From Eubacteriales bacterium (GTDB taxonomy: Bacteria > Bacillota > Clostridia > Oscillospirales > CAG-382), in assembly GCA_045612545.1 (NCBI GenBank), contig JAZKZH010000034.1:1556-65555 (forward strand): a stretch of DNA of 64,000 nt, given 5' to 3'. Made by a program: the position numbers and the translations under genes. Shown here one piece after another: positions 15,779 through 24,543 of the stretch. Within the stretch, counting starts at the first letter, position 1; every line of letters starts with the position of its first letter. The notes below the pieces were generated by a model. It saw only the letters and a list, made by a program, of their open reading frames with translations. It did no database searches and was not told where the DNA came from.

Positions 15779-16206
15779 GCGGAGCAGGCGTGGAATAATG
15801 TTGTACCTTAGGTTGCAATGAGAAAAGCCTGCGGAGTCGAAGTTTCCGCAGTTCAGGCGCAGCCGAACAGCGGAAACCAAGGGGTGCTTGCACCCCGAAG
15901 GGATCTCCTCAAAGTCTGATCTACCCCTACAAAGGCAAACTTACATCCTTTGTGATAAAACAGTTCTTTAGCCTCGGAAAGGTATATCAGACTCTCAGTA
16001 GATCCCGCCTGCGGCGGTTTTTGCCGCTCAGCGCCGCATTGCACCAACCCAAGAAAAACAGCTTGCCTGTTTTTCATGTCGGCGGTATACCGTTATCTAT
16101 GCACCATACGCAATGCGCCGACTTCGACTGCAAAAACTTCGACGTGCGCGGAGATGACTGTATTGCACAGCCGTAACGACTACGACCCGCGCGTGCTCAG
16201 GATGAC
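15779..16206. repeat. nested-palindrome composite element, copy E3b (428 bp, right arm carries an internal insertion)
   Basis: GTCATCCTGAG at 15779, core at 15900-16006, CTCAGGATGAC at 16196-16206. Arm stems are GTTTCCG/CGGAAAC and GTTTTTGC/GCAAAAAC. Confidence 0.8.
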
Positions 16207-16220
16207 ACGTAGCCGCTACG

Positions 16221-16370
16221 GTTCCAAAAACGACTTGTCGTTTTTGACGTCTGCGAAACAAAACTACGCATAAACCGAAGGATGACCAAGTCGGCACAAT
16301 GCTTTTGGTTTAAGCGTAGTTTTGCTATGCCGACGTCAAAAACAGCTAATGCTGTTTTTGTTGGATTTTG
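16221..16370. repeat. two module-C copies in head-to-head (inverted) arrangement
   Basis: GTTCCAAAAACGACTTGTCGTTTTTGACGTC...ACTACGCATAA...GACCAAGTCGGC...TTAAGCGTAGTTTTGCTATGCCGACGTCAAAAACAGCTAATGCTGTTTTTG. Confidence 0.7.
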
Positions 16371-16460
16371 TTCGATTCCGCGCGGCCAACCCGCAGGTGT
16401 GCTATGCCCTCCCCCCTCTAAAAAAATCCTTTCTCCACCAAAGAAAATTTCCCATTTCCC

Positions 16461-16489
16461 TTGATTTTTTTATTAATATATTATATAAT
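16461..16489 (+). promoter_or_regulatory. candidate dnaA promoter inside an AT-rich tract
   Basis: TTGATT (16461-16466), 17-nt spacer, TATAAT (16484-16489). The surrounding 16463-16515 is almost pure A/T. Confidence 0.5.
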
Positions 16490-16537
16490 ACTATATCTAA
16501 GCATCTAATTACGCCGTAGGTCGGAAGGAGTGTGTGC

Positions 16538-17863
16538 ATGGACCAGTTTGCAGAGCTGAAAAACATCATATTAGAGGAGCTGGGGAAGCAGTATGCCTCC
16601 ACCATCATCACCCTTTGGTTTGATAAAATGGAGATCACCGAGATCACCGATTCGGAGGTCACACTGTCCTTCCCCGCATCCCGCAAGCTGTTTGTGGAGG
16701 CCAATTACAGTGCCGTCCTCACCGAGACCTTTGCCTCTGTTTTGGGCGTTAAGGTGGACGTAAAGTTTATCTCCCCCGAAGAGGTCAAGGAGCAGGAAGC
16801 CCCCCAGCCGGAGCCCGAGAAGCAGAAGAACGCTTATCAGACCCGTTTCAATGCGGACTACACCTTTGAGACCTTCATCGTGGGCAAATCCAACCAGCTT
16901 GCCCATACCGCCGCCATGGCGGTGGCCAAGAACCCCTTCCATCTGAACAACCCGCTATACCTCTACGGCCCCTCCGGCTTGGGCAAGACCCATTTGCTCT
17001 ACGCCATTATGGCCAAGCTCCGTGAGGATCATCCCGAATATTCCATTCTCTACGTCACCGGCGAGGAATTCACCATCGATATGATCGAGTCCCTTGCCCA
17101 GCACAACCCCGCCGCTCTCCGCGAGAAGTACCGCAGTGTGGACGTGCTGTTGGTGGACGATATCCAGTTCATTTCCGGCAAGATCGGTGTGCAGGAGGAG
17201 TTCTTCCACACCTTCGAGACCTTGTTCCGCCAAAACAAGCAGCTGATCATCGCCTCCGACGTAGCGCCGGAACGGATCGACAACTTAGAAGACCGTCTCC
17301 GCGGCAGATTCTCCATGGGCTTGGTGGCAGACATTCAGCCCCCGGATCTGGAGCTTCGCACCGCTATCTTCCGCAGAAAAGCCCTGGATTTCGGCTTTGA
17401 CCTGGATTTCTCCGTGCTGAACTACCTGGCGGAGAACATCACCCGCAACATCCGTCAGATCGAGGGCGCTATCAAAAAGCTCCGCGCCCACTGCTTCCTG
17501 ACCGGTGATAAATGCACCGTGAAGATCGCAGAGCTGGTTCTGGGCGAGTTCTTAAAGACCAAGGCCTCCGCGGATACCATGTTCGAGAAGGTTCTGGAAT
17601 ACGCCTCCAAGAAGTACATGGTCTCCACCGAGGATATTCTGGGTAACAAGCGTACCGCCAACATCGTATCGGCAAGACACTTCGCCGTCTATATGGTGCG
17701 TAAGACCACTACTTACTCCCAGAAGCAGATCGCTGAGCTGTTTAAGCGCAAGGATCACACCACCATCATCAACTCCATCAACGTCATGGAGCAAAAGGTG
17801 GTCTCCGATCCCATCTTCGCCCGCGAAATGGCCCACACCATCGAGGAAATTTTGCAAGGGTAA
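16538..17863 (+). CDS. dnaA: chromosomal replication initiator protein DnaA
   Basis: Walker A (LYGPSGLGKTHL), LLVDDIQF, sensor regions and the C-terminal DNA-binding HTH (...ARHFAVYMVRK.T.YS...IAELF.RKDHTTI). ATG 16538 lies 7 nt after GGAGG; GTG 16532 is an alternative. Confidence 0.95.
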   Translation: MDQFAELKNIILEELGKQYASTIITLWFDKMEITEITDSEVTLSFPASRKLFVEANYSAVLTETFASVLGVKVDVKFISPEEVKEQEAPQPEPEKQKNAYQTRFNADYTFETFIVGKSNQLAHTAAMAVAKNPFHLNNPLYLYGPSGLGKTHLLYAIMAKLREDHPEYSILYVTGEEFTIDMIESLAQHNPAALREKYRSVDVLLVDDIQFISGKIGVQEEFFHTFETLFRQNKQLIIASDVAPERIDNLEDRLRGRFSMGLVADIQPPDLELRTAIFRRKALDFGFDLDFSVLNYLAENITRNIRQIEGAIKKLRAHCFLTGDKCTVKIAELVLGEFLKTKASADTMFEKVLEYASKKYMVSTEDILGNKRTANIVSARHFAVYMVRKTTTYSQKQIAELFKRKDHTTIINSINVMEQKVVSDPIFAREMAHTIEEILQG

Positions 17864-17942
17864 GTACGAAGAGGGCGCCGCCCTCTTAAACTCCCGCCAA
17901 AGGGGATGATCCCCTTTGGAATCCCGCACCTTAAAAAATATA

Positions 17943-18028
17943 AAAAATTCTCCCGAAAACGACAGTTTTCGGCAATAAAAGTTCTTTGGAGATTCTTAAG
18001 AACCTTTCTCGCAAGAAAGGTTCTTAAG
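17943..18028. repeat. module G copy plus a perfect 15-bp-stem hairpin downstream of dnaA
   Basis: CCCGAAAACGACAGTTTTCGGCAATAAAAGTTCTTTGG, then CTTAAGAACCTTTCT-CGCA-AGAAAGGTTCTTAAG (17995-18028). Confidence 0.75.
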
Positions 18029-18062
18029 TGTACCCCTTAAGCATCCCCCCCTTGTCGAATTC

Positions 18063-18133
18063 TGTGGACAACTTGTGGACAAATGTGCATAACCTATAGG
18101 GTTGTCCACGGGGGGCAAAGGCAGTTATCCACA
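18063..18133. promoter_or_regulatory. oriC DnaA-box cluster (dnaA-dnaN spacer)
   Basis: TGTGGACAA at 18063-18071 and 18074-18082 (= TTGTCCACA on the other strand), TTGTCCACG at 18102-18110, and a perfect TTATCCACA at 18125-18133. An A/T tract lies at 17933-17950 and (CTA)5 at 18191-18207. Confidence 0.8.
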
Positions 18134-18294
18134 GGGAAAATTCAATAACCACGGTACTTTTCCCCACTTTTCCACCAAAAACATCTGCATCTACTACTAC
18201 TACTACTTTCATGTACCTTAAAAGAAAGGGTAGGTGGTAGGGTACGCGTGCGCGCGTAAAAAACGATTACACATCCGAAAGGACGACGTTACTT

Positions 18295-19419
18295 ATGGCA
18301 ATTAAATTCTTATCTGACAAAAAGACACTTTTGAACCTGATCCAGCCCGCCCTGGCGGCGACCTCCGGCAAAAGCACCCTCCCCGCGCTGGAGGGCTTGC
18401 TGTTCCGTCTGGAGGACAACGTTCTGACGGTTTGCGGTTATGACCTGGAAAAGGGTGTGCGCACCAGAGGGGTAGTCATTCCCAAGGAAGAGGGCGCGGT
18501 GATCCTGAACGCTCAGAAGGTTTCCGCCATTATCAAGAATTTCCCGGATTGTGACATTTCCTTTGAGGCAGACGATAAGAACATGGTGCATATCACCGGT
18601 GGTATGAGTGACTTCACTGTCCACGGTCTTACCGCGGAGGCGTTCCCCAATATGCCCACCCTGGGCGGCGACAACGCCTTCTGCATCAGCCAGAGCTTGA
18701 TGAAGGAGATCATCGCCTCCACCTGCTTTGCGGTTTCTCAGGTGGACGCCCGTCCCATCCTGACAGGTGAGTTTTTCCATATCGAAAACCGTTCCATCAC
18801 CGCGGTGGCCTTGGATAACTATCGTCTGGCGCTCCGTGAGGAGAAGGAATGCATTTTTGACAACGAAAACGACTTCTCCTTTGTAGTACCCGGAAAATCG
18901 CTCTTAGAGCTTTCCAGACTGCTCAGAGATACCGACGATATGCTCCGCGTGGAGTTTACCGCCAAGTACGTTATCTTCAAGCTGGATGATATCGTGCTGT
19001 TCTCCCGCTTGCTGGAAGGAGAATTTTTGGATTACAAGCGTGCTATTCCCGCTCAGAACAAGATCTTTGTGACCTTGGACAGAAGAGCCTTTGAGGATTC
19101 CGTTTCCCGTGCTTCCCTTTTGGTGGATGAGAAGCTGAAGACCCCCCTGCGCTGCCGCTTTGAGGGGGATATCCTCCACGTTACCTGCTCTACCCAGTAC
19201 GGTAAGGTAAACGATCACCTGCGTATCGAAAAGCTGGGCGACGATCTGGAGATCGGATTTAACAACAGATATTTGTTGGATGCGCTCCGTGCCTGCAAGG
19301 ATGATACCCTGCAGATCTCTCTTTCCACGGCTTTTATGTCCATGGTGATCCAGCCCAAGAATCCCTCCGAGTCCGGCACCTATCTGTATCTGGTGCTGCC
19401 CGTGAAGCTGAAGGATTAA
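18295..19419 (+). CDS. dnaN: DNA polymerase III beta sliding clamp
   Basis: Length, position after dnaA, and pattern (MAIKFLSDKKTLLNLIQPA....STLPALEGLLF; ..NNRYLLDAL) match DnaN. Confidence 0.95.
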   Translation: MAIKFLSDKKTLLNLIQPALAATSGKSTLPALEGLLFRLEDNVLTVCGYDLEKGVRTRGVVIPKEEGAVILNAQKVSAIIKNFPDCDISFEADDKNMVHITGGMSDFTVHGLTAEAFPNMPTLGGDNAFCISQSLMKEIIASTCFAVSQVDARPILTGEFFHIENRSITAVALDNYRLALREEKECIFDNENDFSFVVPGKSLLELSRLLRDTDDMLRVEFTAKYVIFKLDDIVLFSRLLEGEFLDYKRAIPAQNKIFVTLDRRAFEDSVSRASLLVDEKLKTPLRCRFEGDILHVTCSTQYGKVNDHLRIEKLGDDLEIGFNNRYLLDALRACKDDTLQISLSTAFMSMVIQPKNPSESGTYLYLVLPVKLKD

Positions 19420-19564
19420 GAGAAACGATATTCCCCGGCAGGAGGATGATCCCCCTGCACCCCGCATCTTATGAGGGAAAAATATATATTTCTTCACAAT
19501 ACCGGGTTCGGGGACGGGTCCCCGATGGGGTGTGGGGCAACGCCCCACATAAAACAATTACTTT

Positions 19565-20662
19565 ATGAAGATTGAGAAGCTGTATTTATACAATTTCAAA
19601 AACGCCTCAGAAGAGACATTGACCTTTGCCCCGGGGGTAAACGTGATCTACGGGGAAAACGCTTCGGGGAAGACCAATCTTTTGGAGGCCTTATTTTACT
19701 TTGCTTCCGGGAAGTCCTTCCGCGGCGGCAAGGAACGGGAGCTGATCCGTCTTGGGGAGACCCGCGGTAAGGCGGAGATGGTTTTCTTTGCAGGCGGCTT
19801 GGAAAAGCGGATGTCCCTGGTGTTGGAAAAGGGTAAAAAGCGTGAGCTTTCCGTGGGCGGTATCAAGGTGCAAAGACTTTCCGAGTATTTGGGTCTGTTC
19901 CGCGCGGTGATCTTCACCCCGGATCATTTGGATCTGGTGAAGGGTGTTTCGGAAAACAGAAGAAGATTTTTGGATCTTGCCATTTGTCAATCCTTTCCCA
20001 GATACGCCGCGTCCCTGAACGAATACGGAAGGTTGCTTTTGCAGAAAAATGCCCTTTTGCGGGGAGATAACCCGGACAGAGGGCTTTTGGAGGTTTATCA
20101 CGAACGGATGGCCACCTTGTGCGGGACGATCACGCTGAACAGAGCGAAGTATCTTGCCAATCTGGAGTCTGCGGCAAAGGAATTTCAAAAAGAAATGTCC
20201 TCAGGGCTGGAGGATCTGAAGCTGAAGTACAAAAGCCAGGTTTTGCCCAAGGAAGAAGATACGGCGGAGACCCTGCGGGAACGGTATAAGGTGCTGTTTG
20301 CCCAAAAGGCAGAGGAAGAGATCCGCCGCGGCTTTGCGGTGTGCGGTGTCCAGAGAGATGATTTTGATCTGTATTTGAACGGATTGAATTGCAAGATGTT
20401 TGGTTCCCAAGGGCAACAGCGGTCTTGCGTGCTGTCCTTGAAGCTGGCGGAAGGAGAGCTTTCCAAGCGGTTGACCGGAGAATATCCCGTATTTTTGCTG
20501 GATGATATCCTTTCCGAGTTGGATATGGGCAGACGGGAGTATATTTTGGATAAGATCACCGGCAAGCAGGTGGTTCTCACCGGGTGTGAGACGGAGCTGT
20601 TTGACGGATACCACGGAAGTAATAAGATCTTCGTGGAAAAGGGTGTAGCGAGGAATGTGTGA
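19565..20662 (+). CDS. recF: DNA replication/repair protein RecF
   Basis: The Walker A motif (GENASGKTNLLEA), the signature motif FGSQGQQRS and the Walker B motif (PVFLLDDILSELD) are present. Confidence 0.95.
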   Translation: MKIEKLYLYNFKNASEETLTFAPGVNVIYGENASGKTNLLEALFYFASGKSFRGGKERELIRLGETRGKAEMVFFAGGLEKRMSLVLEKGKKRELSVGGIKVQRLSEYLGLFRAVIFTPDHLDLVKGVSENRRRFLDLAICQSFPRYAASLNEYGRLLLQKNALLRGDNPDRGLLEVYHERMATLCGTITLNRAKYLANLESAAKEFQKEMSSGLEDLKLKYKSQVLPKEEDTAETLRERYKVLFAQKAEEEIRRGFAVCGVQRDDFDLYLNGLNCKMFGSQGQQRSCVLSLKLAEGELSKRLTGEYPVFLLDDILSELDMGRREYILDKITGKQVVLTGCETELFDGYHGSNKIFVEKGVARNV

Positions 20663-20680
20663 GGAGAGTTCAACGCTTTC

Positions 20681-21445
20681 CGGGAGGTCGAGGCGCCCTC
20701 CCCTACAAACCCGAGCCTTGAAAAACAAAAAAATAAACCTTTTCTCCCGCATAGAAAAAAGTTCATTGCGTGAAAACACGGTTAGATTTTCATTTATACA
20801 TCCTGCGGTTTCGTAGGGGACGGCGCCCTCGACGTCCCGCAAAAATAAAAAGGTGGTCATTTTCTTGACTCTTCCAAAAAGAAAACCAATTCGTTTGAAG
20901 GAATTCAGCTACAGCAACGGCGGATCGTATTTTCTTACACTTTGTGTTCAGGACAGACAAAAGATTTTATCGAAGATAGAGCCGCTTTTTGAATGTAAGT
21001 TTGTTAATGAACTGCCGAGAGACGTTTATCCCTTTGATGGTGATGACAGATACCTACGGGTCATCCCTACGGAGATAGGAAAAATTACGGAGAAATATAT
21101 TTTATCCTCAGAAAAAATACAAGGTGTGATCATTGACGATTACGTGATTATGCCGGATCATGTTCATATTGTTGTTTCTATAACGGATGAGTCGGTTTTA
21201 AAACAAGAGGTAAAAAACGAAAAAATTCCAAAGATCGTTTCCGCATTGAAGCGTTTGATTCAAAAAGAGGTTGGCAGACCGATTTTTCAAAGAGCGTATT
21301 ACGACCACGTGATCCGTAATCACGAGGATTATGAAAATATTTTGGCCTATATTCATCAAAATCCGGCAAGATGGTATTTTCGTCGGTTGAATGGAAAAAT
21401 GAAAGTTGATTGAGATCGGGCGGGAGGTCGAGGAGCCCTCCACCT
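20681..21445 (+). mobile_element. RAYT locus: REP doublet + IS200-like Y1 transposase gene + REP
   Basis: REPs at 20681-20709, 20809-20840 (inverted, ends 12 nt before the ORF) and 21421-21445 (starts 8 nt after the stop). The gene body is AT-rich and the REPs are GC-rich. Confidence 0.75.
20853..21413 (+). CDS. REP-associated tyrosine transposase (IS200-like, HUH/Y1 family)
   Basis: KPIRLKEFSYSNGGSYFLTLCV, HUH motif MPDHVHIVV, and the catalytic-Tyr helix FQRAYYDHVIRNHEDYENILAYIHQNPARW. Confidence 0.8.
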   Translation: MVIFLTLPKRKPIRLKEFSYSNGGSYFLTLCVQDRQKILSKIEPLFECKFVNELPRDVYPFDGDDRYLRVIPTEIGKITEKYILSSEKIQGVIIDDYVIMPDHVHIVVSITDESVLKQEVKNEKIPKIVSALKRLIQKEVGRPIFQRAYYDHVIRNHEDYENILAYIHQNPARWYFRRLNGKMKVD

Positions 21446-21510
21446 GACGTATTCCCTATTTTTCGGAAAATCGTGGGATTTTTGCGGGATTTTCCGTGGA
21501 AAAAAACGGG

Positions 21511-21539
21511 ATGACAAATCAAAATGTTTTTTGTATACT
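21511..21539 (+). promoter_or_regulatory. candidate promoter for the small-ORF-remB-gyrB-gyrA unit
   Basis: ATGACA (21511-21516), 17-nt spacer, TATACT (21534-21539). Confidence 0.5.
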
Positions 21540-21580
21540 CATTTGCGTGAAGAAAAAATAACGCAAGGGAGGAAAAAAAC

Positions 21581-21850
21581 ATGACGAAGGTGACCCGTGT
21601 GGGAGAATTGGTGATCATTGAATATCTTACCGAGGAGCAGGAGGCTCTTTACAAGAGCGGGCTTACGGAACGGCAATTGGAAAAGCGCAAGCAGCTGGAG
21701 TACAAAAGGCGAGACGTATTCTCGGAGATCCGCAAGCAATACGGCAGAGTTTTGCGGGGGGAATTTGTTCCGGAGGATGATCCTCTGGCATTGGAATTTC
21801 AGAAAAGCCGTAATCAAAATTCTTTGAACGTTGTTTATCTTGGATTATAA
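21581..21850 (+). CDS. hypothetical 89-aa protein
   Basis: A strong RBS (gggaggaaaaaaac) precedes the ATG. The protein is charged and helical-looking. No family recognised. Confidence 0.45.
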   Translation: MTKVTRVGELVIIEYLTEEQEALYKSGLTERQLEKRKQLEYKRRDVFSEIRKQYGRVLRGEFVPEDDPLALEFQKSRNQNSLNVVYLGL

Positions 21851-21865
21851 AGTGAAAAAATTGCT

Positions 21866-22132
21866 ATGAAAATACCTTTTTTGCATTTGGAAGGCGGGGA
21901 GACCTTGATTGCCGAGGACGTGGTGGGCGTGTTTGATATGGACGTGGCCACCGTAGAGGAGGTAACCCGGGAATTCCTGACAGAAAAACAAAAACGAATG
22001 CAGGTGGTGAGCCTTGCTTCCGATCTGCCCCGCAGCATTGTTTTGGTGCGGGAGCCATACGGAGACAGAGTATATATCAGCGGGCTTTCCACAGAAACCA
22101 TTGCCAAACGTACACACGATCTGTCTGAATAG
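21866..22132 (+). CDS. remB: DUF370 protein (RemB/YaaB-like)
   Basis: Conserved position between recF and gyrB in Firmicutes. IVGVFDMD....SR.F... and RSIVLV....DRVYISGLS.ETIAKR resemble DUF370. Confidence 0.7.
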   Translation: MKIPFLHLEGGETLIAEDVVGVFDMDVATVEEVTREFLTEKQKRMQVVSLASDLPRSIVLVREPYGDRVYISGLSTETIAKRTHDLSE

Positions 22133-22141
22133 AAAGGATAG

Positions 22142-24094
<1,953 letters not shown>

Positions 24095-24287
24095 TAAGAG
24101 CTGCGCTCTCGTCGGAATATCTTAGCAGATATTCCTCCGGTTTTCGTGTCCCTTCCGCGGGACACGGCAAGCTATGTCAAAAGGAACCTCATTCACGCGC
24201 TTGCGCCTTCCCCCATTCCCCAAAGGGGAAGGTTAGCTCGCATTTCATCATTTTTACAGCATAGATCTGAAAAGACAAGCTTCGGTT

Positions 24288-24429
24288 CCGGGACGCCGAG
24301 GGCGTCGTCCCCTACGGTCATGGACGAGTAGGGAAAGCAGCCGTTACCGATGCAAAAACTTGTTGCGTATACCCTTGTTCGCACAAAACAAGGCGCGTAT
24401 TCGTAGGGGACGACGCCCACGGCGTCCCG
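24288..24429. repeat. REP doublet (two inverted REP hairpins about 80 nt apart) in the gyrB-gyrA spacer
   Basis: CCGGGACGCCGAGGGCGTCGTCCCCTACGG (24288-24317) and TTCGTAGGGGACGACGCCCACGGCGTCCCG (24400-24429). Confidence 0.8.
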
Positions 24430-24543
24430 TTTGCGTGGAATCTTGCAACGAATTTTCGCTGTACTCCGTGCGGGAACTTGGGTTCGATTCCAATTGATTA
24501 TTGATTTACAGCATAGATCTCATAAAGACAAGGAGAAATTCCA

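Noticed and set aside
19420-19564. Absence of the small S4-domain gene (yaaA-like) between dnaN and recF, of xseB after xseA, and of rpmH/rnpA upstream of dnaA
   Set aside because: Gene order around the origin varies among Clostridia, and these genes may simply lie elsewhere. One window is not informative on this point.
24461-24497. A tRNA-like fragment (GGGTTCGATTCC T-loop motif) upstream of gyrA
   Set aside because: Only a T-arm-like stretch is present. It has no acceptor stem, anticodon arm or CCA context. It is probably a chance match or an old scar, and I cannot support a tRNA or att-site call.
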